Assembly (NCBI RefSeq): GCF_006345805.1
Contig: NW_021833082.1
Location: forward strand, 20,952-84,951
DNA from: Octopus sinensis
Taxonomy: Eukaryota
Direction of reading: 5' to 3'
DNA: 64,000 nucleotides
How positions within the stretch are numbered: position 1 is the stretch's first letter; each line of letters starts with the position of its first letter. The translations under genes and the position numbers were made by a program. Of this stretch, positions 15,181-26,310 are shown piece after piece. The notes under the pieces were generated by a model. It saw nothing but the letters and a program-made list of their open reading frames with translations. It had not been told where the DNA came from and did no database searches.

Positions 15181-15344
15181 TGGGTCCCTATTTTAACAAC
15201 TCCAAAAGATTGAAAGATAACGACAATCTCGGTGGAATTTGAACCAAGAACGTAAAGACAGACGTAATGCCGCAAAGCATTTTGTCCAGTGCGCTAAGGA
15301 CTCTGCCAGCTTCCTGCCTTAGAAAGGATGATCATTATTATTAA

Positions 15345-16150
15345 GGAATCAGGTGGTAAGTTGGCAGAATCATTAGAATGCCAGGCAAAATACTTAGAGT
15401 TATTTCGTCTGTTACAGCGTTCTGAGTTCAAAATCTGTCGAGGTCACCTGTAGATTTCATCCTTTTGGGGGGTTGATAAATTAAGTACCAGGTGAGTACT
15501 TTTGTTCCTTCTCAAGCCACGCCTGGCTCATAAGGGCCGGTTTCCCGGTTTCCTTGGCGTATAGGTTCCCCACCTGGACGGGACGCCGGTCCATCGCAGG
15601 TGAGCTGCAAGATGCAGGAGGAAAGAGTGAGAGAAAGTTGTGGCGAAAGAGTCAGCAGAAGTTCGCCATTACCTTCTGCAGGAGCCGCGTGGAACTCAGG
15701 TGTTTTGCTCATGAACACACACATCGTCTGGTCTGAGATTCGAACCCGCAATCCCTCGACCACGAGTCCGCTGCTCTAACCACTAGGCCATGTGCCTCCA
15801 CTGACTGGTAGAAGTTCACCATTACCTTCTGCCAGAGCCGCGTGGAGCTTAGGTGTTTTCGCTCATAAACACACATCGCCCGGTCTGAGATTCGAACCTG
15901 CAATCATTCGACCGTGAGTCCGCTGCTCTAACCACTAGGCCATGTGCCTCCACTGACTGGTAGAAGTTCACCATTACCTTCTTCCAGAGCCGTGTGGAGC
16001 TTAGGTGTTTTCGCTCATAAACACACACATCGCCCGGTCTGAGATTCGAACCCGCAATCCCTCGACCACGAGTCCGCTGCTCTAACCACTAGGCCATGTG
16101 CCTCCACTAGCTGAGTACTGCGCCCAGTGTAATCAACTATCCCCCTGCCC
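15345..16150 (+). mobile_element. SINE family D copy split by a SINE-B trimer
   Basis: Head and body at 15345-15500; the continuation resumes at 16109 after the insertion. Confidence 0.75.
15501..16108 (-). mobile_element. Multimeric tRNA-derived SINE family B (head-head-full)
   Basis: Three GTGGAGGCACATGGCCTAGTGGTTAGAGCAGCGGACTC heads on the minus strand and one full body. Flanked by AGGTGAGTACT (15490-15500) and AGCTGAGTACT (16109-16119). Confidence 0.9.
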
Positions 16151-16353
16151 CAAATATCGGGTCTTGTGCATAGAGTAGAAAGGGTTATTAAAGGGAATAA
16201 GGCAGGAAGCTGGCTGAAATCGCTCTGCGTCAGTTGTTGACTGCCATGCCACTGCATCCTTTAAGGCCCTCATGCTTTCCGAAATCCGCCGAAACTACAC
16301 CTGATTATATATACACTTTAGATGAGTTGTAGTGCACCTGAGCACTGTACACA

Positions 16354-16455
<102 letters not shown>

Positions 16456-16544
16456 CCAGGCGAAATGCTTAGTGGTATTTCGTCTGTCTTTATGTTCTGA
16501 GTTCAAATTCCATCAAGGTCAACTTTGCCTTTCATTCATTCGAG

Positions 16545-17075
16545 GCTGGATGCTCAGAGAATAAGAATAGCCTGGGCAAAGTTTAGAAAGCTTCTTCCCC
16601 TACTGGTGACAAAGGGTCTCTCGCTCAGAGTGAAAGGTAGATTGTACAACGCATGTGTTCGAACTGTCATGCTTCACGGCAGTGAAACATGGGCCGTGAC
16701 TGCGGAGGACATGCGTAGGCTCAAAAGAAATTAAGCTAGCATGATCCGCTGGATGTGTAATGTCAGTGTGCACGTATGACAGAGTGTAAGTGCCCTGAGA
16801 GAAATGTTGGGCATAAGAAGCATTGGATGCAGCGTGCAGGAGAGACGTTTGCGTTGGTATGGTCACATACTGCGAATGTATGAGGAGAGATATGTGAGGA
16901 AATGCCACTCCCAAACAGTTGAAGGAATCCAGGGTAGAGGTAGAGGTAGACCCAGAAAGTCATGGGATGAGGTGGTCAAGCATGAACTTTGAACATTGGA
17001 CCTCACAGAGGCAATGACGAAAGACCGAGACCTCTGGAGATATGCTGTGACTGTGAAGACTCGACAAATGAAGTA
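16545..17075 (+). pseudogene. RTE-clade LINE, C-terminal ORF remnant with in-frame stops
   Basis: Translation RIRIAWAKFRKLLPLL...YNACVRTVMLHGSETWAV...RRLRWYGHILRM...RGRGRPRKSW matches motifs typical of the RTE C-terminus (YGSETW, RLRWxGHV, GRGRP). Stops interrupt the frame. Confidence 0.9.
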
Positions 17076-17079
17076 AGTT

Positions 17080-17452
17080 CATGGCTCGCAGGATGGCCTG
17101 CTGTGCTTACCTTGGATCGTAGGGCGACCTGCTGTGCTTGAGGGGGCCTACTGAGTCAAGTACATCAACATCAAATAAAAATCAAATGGAAATTGTAGTT
17201 GTGATACCCATGCTGATGGCACGTAAAAAGCATCATCTGAATGTGGCCGATGCCAGCGCCACCTTGACTGGCATCCGTGCTGGTGGCACATGAAAAGCAC
17301 CATCCTATCGTGGCCGTTGCCAGCCTTGCCTTGCACGTAAAAAGCACCCACTACACTCACGGAGTGGTTGGTGTTAGGAAGGGCATCCAGCTGTAGAAAC
17401 ACTGCCAGATCAGACTGGAGTCTGGTGCAGCCTCCTGGCTTCCCAGACCCCA
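17080..17452 (+). mobile_element. RTE-type 3' UTR with internal GGTGGCACGTAAAAAGCACC repeats
   Basis: Same sequence at 33580-34130 ends in a (GAT)n tail. Contains GGTGTTAGGAAGGGCATCCAGC. Confidence 0.75.
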
Positions 17453-17499
17453 AATACAACATATGAGTGTTCAGCCTTTGCCAAATGACCTACACAAAT

Positions 17500-17976
17500 G
17501 ATTTGTTTATACGTTATTTACATTATTTACATTTGCCAGATATTTGTCCTCATCTTGTTTGTTGTTAACAAACGTTTCGGCTGATATACCCTCCAGGGTT
17601 CATCAGGTGTCTTGGGGAAATTTCGAACCTGGGTTCTCATTCCTAAGGTATTTTTTGATGTTATTATTATTATTATTCATATAGTGTAGTGGTTAAGAAC
17701 ACGGGCTACTAACCCCAAGATTCCGAGTTCGGTTCCAAGCAGTGACCTGAATAATAATATCAAAAAATACCTTAGGAATGAGAAACCAGGTTTGAAATTT
17801 CCCCAAGACACCTGATGAAGGCTGGAGGGTATATCAGCCGAAGCGTTGAGTTAACAACAGACAAGATGAGGACAAATATCCGTCGAATGTAAATAATGTA
17901 AATAATGTAAATAATGTAAATAATGTAAATAATGTAAATAATTCTTCATCTCTTAAATATAGAACTGGATTTGTTT
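17500..17976 (+). mobile_element. Short element with tRNA-like head, Penelope-type tail, hammerhead motif and inverted 5' duplication
   Basis: Inverted arms ~17514-17678 and ~17749-17900. The spacer carries an A box (TAGTGTAGTGG) and a B-box-like GAGTTCGGTTCC. GATTTGTTT lies at 17500-17508 and 17968-17976. Confidence 0.7.
17807..17852 (+). ncRNA. Degenerate minimal type I hammerhead ribozyme motif
   Basis: GACAC-CTGATGA-A-GGCTG(loop)CAGCC-GAAG-CG-TT-GAGT. The mirror copy on the minus strand (~17566-17611) has an intact GAAACGTT. Confidence 0.6.
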
Positions 17977-18311
17977 TTAGTAATCAAATGTACGTGCTGT
18001 TCATCATCTCACTCATTCCATCAAATTAATGTTACCTGAACAGGTGTATGGTGGACCATGCTTCAGGTGTCAAAATGATTGCAGGGCAGCTTTAGATGAA
18101 GAATTTTGCTCAAGAACACAATGTACCACCCGGTCAAGGAAATGAAACCACAATCTCATGATCGCAAGTGCAACACCCTAACCACCAGGCCACACATCCA
18201 TATATATATTACAAAAACCCATTAAAATAAAATCCAAAACTGAAGAATAGGCGCGGGCAACAAAATTATATGTGGACCCCTGTTGAAAACCACTGGGATG
18301 GCAAAAAAATA

Positions 18312-18625
18312 AGTGTCTTCTACCCTAGCCTCAAGCCGACCAAAGGCTTCTGGGTGGATTTGGCAGACTGAAACTGAAAGAAGCTCATCATGTATATGAT
18401 TGTGTTTGTGGGTAGGCGGACAATCCATCGACAAACAGTTGGCTAACAGACAACTTAAAGACAGGACAATTGACCGGTTATGGCTGTGTGGTTAGGGAGC
18501 TTGCTTCCTAGCTATATGGTTTCGGGTTCAGTCCCACTGCATGGCACTTCGGGCAAGTGTCTTCCGCTATAGCCCCGAGTCGACCGAAGCTTTGTGATTG
18601 AATTCGGTAGGTGGAAGTTACTGCC
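18312..18625 (+). mobile_element. Degenerate SINE family A fragments
   Basis: AAGTGTCTTCT...GAAACTGAAAGAAGC at 18312-18390, and a head TGGCTGTGTGGTTAG...GGTTCAGTCCCACTGC at ~18476-18625. Confidence 0.75.
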
Positions 18626-18789
18626 ATGTGTGTGTGTGTGCGTGTAGGTGCTCAGTGCCTCTCTGAAAGAGAGAGAGAGAGGGAAGAGAAAACAAACATG
18701 AGCAGAGAAAAACAACGAAAAAAACAAAAGAGGAAGAGAGAAGGGGTAAGAAATGTCAGTTCAACACGAAGCGCATCAATTGGTCGCAC

Positions 18790-18985
18790 ATGATTTAGGG
18801 TCCAACAGAACCTACTGAAGCAAGCCCACATGCTCACTGCATTACCACAGGTGATGGCGAGGCTAAGGCGTCGGAGCAGCCAAGCACCTTCACAAGCATC
18901 AGCTGACACCTCAGTAAGGTGAGCCACTAACAATGGCAAGGACTTAGCTGTTAACAGCCCAGCCCCTAATAGCAAACTTGCTCTG
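18790..18985 (-). pseudogene. Fragment resembling the C-terminus of a CRE-clade (restriction-like endonuclease) non-LTR retrotransposon
   Basis: Translation ...LTEVSADACEGAWLLRRLSLAITCGNAVSMWACF resembles the CRE-type end motif (S/T)GDxR(E/A)xxWLxQRLSxAIxRGNA. Confidence 0.6.
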
Positions 18986-19152
18986 GTACTTACTTGAACT
19001 TGTGGCGACATTCACCCTGGGCGGGTTGAGTCGGCTTCTTCTACCACCCTTGAGGCATCTTGAACCATGGCAGCCCACACACGACGGTCCTGTGCCAGTT
19101 CACTCAAGATAGCGAGCCAGTCACGGTTCCGTCAGTGCAGGCCGATTCCATC
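18986..19152 (-). pseudogene. 3' end of a second RTE-like LINE
   Basis: Minus-strand translation IGLH*RNRDWLAILSELAQDRRVWAAMVQDASRVVEEADSTRPG*, followed by a CAAGTTCAAGTAAGTA tail. Confidence 0.75.
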
Positions 19153-19997
19153 GGTAACCTATCCATTCAAATGGTCTGGTAACCTATCCATTCAAATGCT
19201 CTGGTAACCTATCCATTCAAATGGTCTGGTAACCTATCCGTTCAAATGGTCTGATAACCTATCCATTCAAATGGTCTGGTAACCTATCCATTCAAATGCT
19301 CTGGTAACCTATCCATTCAAATGGTCTGGTAACCTATCCATTCAAATGCTCTGGTAACCTATCCATTCAAATGGTCTGGTAACCTATCCATTCAAATGGT
19401 CTGGTAACCTATCCATTCAAATGGTCTGGTAACCTATCCATTCAAATGGTCTGATAACCTATCCATTCAAATGCTCTGGTAACCTATCCATTCAAATGGT
19501 CTGGTAACCTATCCATTCAAATGGTCTGGTAACCTATCCATTCAAATGCTCTGATAACCTATCCATTCAAATGGTCTGGTAACCTATCCGTTCAAATGGT
19601 CTGATAACCTATCCGTTCAAATGGTCTGGTAACCTATCCGTTCAAATGGTCTGGTAACCTATCCATTCAAATGCTCTGATAACCTATCCATTCAAATGCT
19701 CTGGTAACCTATCCATTCAAATGCTCTGGTAACCTATCCATTCAAATGCTCTGATAACCTATCCATTCAAATGGTCTGGTAACCTATCCATTCAAATGCT
19801 CTGATAACCTATCCGTTCAAATGGTCTGGTAACCTATCCGTTCAAATGGTCTGGTAACCTATCCATTCAAATGCTCTGATAACCTATCCATTCAAATGCT
19901 CTGGTAACCTATCCATTCAAATGCTCTGGTAACCTATCCATTCAAATGCTCTGGTAACCTATCCATTGATATGGTCAGGTAACCTATCCATTCAAAT
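19153..19997. repeat. 25-bp minisatellite GGTAACCTATCCATTCAAATG(G/C)TCT, ~34 copies
   Basis: Direct tandem units with three main variable positions. Confidence 0.97.
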
Positions 19998-20755
19998 TGT
20001 GTTATGTCAGCTGTGTTGTTTGCCAAGGACAAACATGAGTTTTTTTTATTATTGAAATTTTAATATTTTAATGTTTACACTTATTAAATATTTGTGCAAA
20101 CAGAGTCTCTTCCTCATTTGCGTCAATTGTATCATATTTTTGAAATTCCATTCTACCTGGGTACAATGTTATTTAAATTCAACAATAAGCACACACCCGT
20201 GTCTGTTGTGTCCTTGGGAAAGTGTCATAAAATGAAATAATACATAGTGAATGGTTGTTTAAACATTTTGCATACATAAACACCCTCACTTCAGATGTTA
20301 CTCACCACTGGCCTTGACTTTAGTGTTATAAGCTGACTCATATTTTAGCATTAAATTCGTTTCAGCAAACAAGGTTGAGTGGCTAACAAGCTTGCTTGGC
20401 ATTAGGTCAGAGGTTCTCAACCAACTTTTTCATCTATGGACCCCTTTCATTACTGTTTTATTCTGGTGTATCCCCATAGCCATTCGATGCTTAAAATCTA
20501 GTTTTATAGAAACTTCTTCCAAAATTCCTGTTTTTGTTTTTCACACATTGACTTGTGTAGGTTGAAATATGAAAAACACTAGAGAAAAAAAAACCTAACT
20601 GTTTCTTGCAATGCATACCAATACATACATGTAAAGCAGGGGTTCTCAACCATTTTTTTGTCTATAGACCCCTTCGATTACTATTTTATTCTAGTGAACC
20701 CCCATAGCCATTCGATGTCTAAAAACCAGTTTTATAGAAACTTCTTTCAAAATTA

Positions 20756-20969
20756 TCAATAGTTATCACCAAGCTAACATGGCAACCCAGGAAAATAGGA
20801 CAAATGCTGCTGTTGATTAGCTCCAAGAGGCCATCGCCTCTAGCTAGATATGTGATACAGGTTTGTGTGTCATATAGCTAGCTAGAGGTGATGGCCTCTT
20901 GGAGCTAATCATTGACAGCATTTGTCCTAGTTTTCTCAACTACCATGTTAGCTTGGCGATAACTATTAA
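20756..20969. mobile_element. Foldback/hairpin MITE with ~95-bp inverted arms, TA-flanked
   Basis: The arm AATAGTTATCACCAAGCTAACATGG...GATTAGCTCCAAGAGGCCATCGCCTCTAGCTAG is mirrored on the right. TA lies at 20754-55 and 20970-71. Confidence 0.8.
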
Positions 20970-21390
20970 TATCCAGTACTGCTGCCGTAGTATCCTTTAG
21001 AGAGATTTAGAAATATTGATATTTCTATCTTTGAAAATTCCTATTTTGGGTATCACACATTAATTTCTGTAGGTTGATCCATATAAGATGTGGTTCTTAA
21101 CCCTTTTTTATCTATGGACCCCTTCAATTACTTTTTTTATTCTGGAGGACCCCTTATACCATTCGATATTTAATAACTAGTTTCATAGAAACTTCTTTCA
21201 AAATTTCTTCTTTTTTTGTTTTTCACACATTAACTTGTGTAGGTTGAACCATGTAGAATATTAGAGAAAGAAACCCAGCTGTTTCTTGCAATACACAACC
21301 AATACACACATCTAAAGCAGGGGTTCTCAACCATTTTTTATCTATGGATCCCTTCAATTACTATTTCAGTCTATAGACAAACTAATTTTT

Positions 21391-21505
21391 ATCCCTTTCG
21401 TTACAGTATTTATTTTGAGATGCTCTGTGTTTCTTTCAATTACTTTAAATATAACAGAGAATTTAGCAAAATAACTTAGTTTATCATTAAGCTAGTGTTA
21501 GGAAC
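21391..21505 (-). mobile_element. Partial copy of the piggyBac-like MITE at 22896
   Basis: CCCTTTCGTTACAGTATTTATTTTGAGATGCTCTG is the reverse complement of the 23100 end. Confidence 0.8.
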
Positions 21506-22018
21506 ACCCATACCCATTCCATGTTTAAAAACTAGTTTTCTAGAAACCTCTTTCAAAATTCTTATTTTGATTTCCACACATTAACTTGTGTAGGTTGAAC
21601 AATGGAAAATGTTAGAAAAAGAAACCCAGCTGTTTCTTGCAATACATAACCAATACATACATCTAAAGCAAAATTTATTCAGGGGCCCTTAAAATATTTT
21701 TGTGGATCCCCGATTTACTATTTTTTTTTTGGTTTTTGTGTGGAACCCCAAAATCGTTTTATGGTCCCTCGGGGCCATATGGACACTAGTGGAGAACCAC
21801 TCCATTAGCTGATTGTTTTCTACAATAACCCTAGGTTGAATAATGGCTTTTGAGTAGAACAGACAGATGGAAATTGTATGGAAGCCTGCCATCCTCATCA
21901 TTTAACATTTTTTCTATATGTATGTATGGGTTGGATGGTTTGAAAAAGGCTGTGCCAAGCTCTGCTGTCTGTTTTGGCATGGATTCTATGACTTGATGCC
22001 CATCCAAATACCATCCAT

Positions 22019-22440
22019 GGATCTTTTCGGTTTGACCGGCAGTTTTTTCTAGTGGTGTCATATGAAATTGACACCTATAATTATGACCCTAGAATCGATC
22101 TATTGCATTTCAATCTGTTTTAGGGTTAGGGTTAGACTAAGGTGGGGGAAAGGGTATCTTTTTTTTCTTCACAAATGTAAATAAACCCAATCTGTTTCTT
22201 AAACGAGGGACATATTCATACGGCACAGAATTTTTTTTTACCTCAATGGACGTCATTGATTGGTTGAAATTGCAGAAATTGAAGAAAAAAACAACAAATA
22301 TCTTACAAACTATAGAATTTTCTCGATAAAGCCAAGAGAAAAAAATGTTTTATAAACACATTCTACCACAATACGAAGTTTAAAATTGTTTAGTTACCTA
22401 GAAATTATGTTAAAAACTGCCGGTCAAACCGAAAAGAACC
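22019..22440 (+). mobile_element. Merlin-like MITE (TIR GGATCTTTTCGGTTTGACCGGCAGTTTTT), full length
   Basis: ~29-bp TIRs. Flanks CCATCCAT and CCATCCAC (7/8) are consistent with an 8-bp TSD. Confidence 0.85.
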
Positions 22441-22895
22441 CCATCCACTTTACAGAGTGTACCAGGTGCTTTTTATATAGCACCAGCACTGGTGGGGTCA
22501 CCAGGTAACTTGCAAAACAAATATCCCTCAGTTGAGAGGTGGGGAGTAGTATTTAGGGAGGTGGTTTTGTGCCAGTTGATGAAACATAAAGGTTTGTTAG
22601 AGATGGGTGCCTTGCTGTAGATGAGATGCATGGCTACCCCTGTTGGGAAATTCCATTCCAGCTGGGTATGCTGTTACAGATTCATAAACATTCAACAATA
22701 AACACACACGTCAGGTTTGTCCTTGGAAAAGTGTCATAAATTGAAATAATACATTATGAACAGTTTTTTAAACATTATACACGCATAAAAACTGTCACTT
22801 CGAATGTCAGATATGGCTGACCTTGACGTTTGTGTTATTGACTGACTGATATTTTAGTATTAAATTTGTTTCAGCAGGTAAGGCTGAGAGGTTAA

Positions 22896-23100
22896 CCCTT
22901 TTGATACCAACCTGGCTCTGTAGTACAAATGTCTTGTTTTCATAAGTTTTGAATTAAAATCTTCCACCAAATCTTAGTCACAATTTACTTTCATAATACT
23001 AGCTGAATGATAACTAAGTTATTTTACTAAATTCTTTGTTATATTTAAAGTAATTGAAAGAAACACAGAGCATCTCAAAATAAATACAGTAACGAAAAGG
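22896..23100 (+). mobile_element. piggyBac-like MITE with TTAA TSD
   Basis: TTAA|CCCTTTTGATAC ... GTAACGAAAAGG|TTAA. Confidence 0.8.
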
Positions 23101-23281
23101 TTAAGAAAGTTGCAAGACAAATAACTGTCAGGTAGTGAGCCGTGTTTAGGGAGGTGCCTTTGTGACATTAAGGTATAACAGATGGATAGAGACAGGTGCC
23201 TTGCTGTAGGTGAGAGATACATGGCTACCTCTGTTGGAAGAGAAAAGAGAGATACTCTGTGTGTACATGTGTATGTGTGTT

Positions 23282-23440
23282 CCTTTTACTTGTTTCAGGC
23301 ATTTGACTGTGGCCATGCTGGAGCACCGCCTCTTAGCCAAAGAAAGTGACCCCAGGACTTATTGTTTGCGAGCCTGGTGCTTTTTCTGTTGGTTTCTTTT
23401 GCCGAACCGCTAAGTTACAGGGATGTAAGTGCACCATTGT
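23282..23440 (-). mobile_element. SINE family A, 3' part
   Basis: TTTTACTTGTTTCAG...GGCCATGCTGGAGCACCGCC...GCCGAACCGCTAAGTTAC. Confidence 0.8.
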
Positions 23441-23588
23441 GCAAGGTACTTCAGATGGGCTGGGGCTATGCGAAACTGGTGCAGAAAGCAGCCATGAACT
23501 CGCATTATTTGTCGGGTCTTTGCAGTCACAGCATATCTCCAGAGATCTCGGAATGAAAAATACTGAACAAGTTTGAGGGGGTTCCTTC

Positions 23589-24130
23589 TACTCTTTTACT
23601 CTCTTTTTTTACTCTTTTACTTGTTTCAGTCACTTGACTGCGGCCATGCTGCAGCACCGACTTTAGTCGAGCAACTCGACCCCGGGACTTATTCTTTTTG
23701 TAAGCCCAGTACTTATTCTATCGGTCTCTTTTTGCCGAACCGCTAAGTGACGGGGACGTAAACACACCAGCATCGGTTGTCAAGCAATGCTAGGGGAACA
23801 AACACAGACACACAAACACACACATACATATATATATATACATAGAAACACTGCCAGATCTGACTGGACTGGTGCAGCTTTCGGGCTCCCCAGACCCCAG
23901 TTGAACCGTCCAACCCATGCTAGCATGGAAAGCGGACGTTAAATGATGATGATGATGATGATGATATACGACCGGCTTCTTTCAGTTTCCGTCTACCAAA
24001 TCCACTCACAAGGCATTGGTCGGCCTGGGGCTATAACAGAAGACACTTGCCAAAGGTGCCACGCAGTGGGATTGAACCCGGAACCATGTGGTTGGTTAGC
24101 AAGCTACTTACCACACAGCCACTCCTGCGC
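23589..24130 (-). mobile_element. SINE family A, full length, with an RTE 3'-end fragment (~23845-23965, + strand, (GAT)n tail) in its central microsatellite
   Basis: The insert CCAGATCTGACTGGA...AACCCATGCTAGCATGGAAAGCGGACGTTAAATGATGATG matches 34010-34130. Confidence 0.85.
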
Positions 24131-24256
24131 CTTCTCTTTGCTTTTGCTACAACTTGTCATCTGTCATGGTGCATTATGTGGGTGCTTGGGCAACTTTTGC
24201 ATGTGATGCAGAACACTGATGAACTTTGTGGTGCAGTTAATGAAAACTACACCACA

Positions 24257-25075
24257 AAGGCGCATGGCTCAGTGGTTAGAGCGTCGAGCTTACGATCGTG
24301 AGGTTGTGAGCTCGAATCCCAGACCGGGCTGCGTGTTGTGTTCTTGAGCAAGACACTTTATTTCACATTGCTCCAGTTCACTCAGCTATAGAAATGAGTT
24401 GCAACGTCACTGGTGCCGAGCTGTATTGGCCCCTTTACCTTTCCCTTGGATACCATCAGTGGTGCAGAGAGGAGGAACCTTGCCTGGACTTGTAAATTTC
24501 TAGATGCAATCCCATGGTCAGTCATGACTGAAGGGGAGGCACATGGCTCAGTGGTTAATGCATTGAGCTTACGATCGTGAGGTTTTGAGTTCAAATCCCA
24601 AACCGGGCTGCGTGTTGTGTTCTTGAGCAAGACACTTTATTTCACCTTGCTCCAGTTCATTCAGCTGTAGAAATGAGTTGCAATGTCACAGGTACCAAGC
24701 TGTATCGGCCCCGTCCGGGTTGCGGATCCGTGGAATAAGCTGCTGGACGAGATGGTGAAGATGCTGACGACCGCTCGGTTCAAAGTCTCCCTTGACCACA
24801 AGTGGCCTGAACTCTTTACATGAACACCACCCTGTACATAACTCCATGTCCCCCTACATGGCCTTGCTTTTTGCTTTTTGAGCCAAAAAATTAACTAACT
24901 AACTAACTAACTAACTTTCCCTTGGACAACATCGGTGGCGTGAAGAGGGGAGGCCGGTATGCATGGGCGACTGCTGGGCTTCCATAAAAAAAGCCACGTT
25001 GCCCAGACTTGTGACTAGGAGGGTAACTTTCTGGGTGCAATCCCATGGTCGGTGTCATGACCGAAGGGGGTCCCG
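24257..25075 (+). mobile_element. Two tandem tRNA-derived SINE family C copies (GCATGGCTCAGTGGTTAGAGCG head; GTGTTCTTGAGCAAGACACTTTATTTCAC body)
   Basis: Heads at ~24259 and ~24536 with A and B boxes. The second copy is split by a LINE fragment. Confidence 0.85.
24713..24916 (+). pseudogene. CR1-group LINE 3' end with (TAAC)n tail
   Basis: Translation VRVADPWNKLLDEMVKMLTTARFKVSLDHKWPELFT* resembles the CR1 C-terminal RVxxxWNxLP...FKxxLD motif. Confidence 0.75.
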
Positions 25076-25373
25076 AGTTAATGAAAGCACAGATATTTGT
25101 GACATCATGCATTGCTGAATTTTCACCCATAGCAACAGCCAATAATGATGGAAGATTTACTTCACTCAATGAGTGTGAACAATTTTGCAAGGTATTACTG
25201 AACAGTGATATGCAATTGCTTGTGTAGTTCATGAGATTATCAATATTGATGACATCATACAGTGCAACATTTTCAGCCAATAGCAACGTTCAATTACATT
25301 TTCAAAAACGACGGAACAGAAGACTTAATTTATTTGACATGTGTGAGCAACTATGATATTTATAAAAATTATT

Positions 25374-26310
<937 letters not shown>

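Larger units (their letters stand above)
20408..21801 (+). mobile_element. hAT (Charlie-like) non-autonomous element amplified head-to-tail, with nested insertions
   Basis: CAG(A/G)GGTTCTCAACC left ends at 20408, 20637, ~21088 and 21318 (first period ~229 bp). A single right end GTGGAGAACCACT lies at ~21789-21801. Confidence 0.7.

Noticed and set aside
16525-16992. RTE ORFs as a functional gene
   Set aside because: 5'-truncated, with in-frame stops; a dead LINE fragment.
24903-25286. 127-aa minus-strand ORF with an internal repeated motif
   Set aside because: It has a non-ATG start, runs into SINE sequence, and the repeat is explained by the short DNA duplication reported separately.
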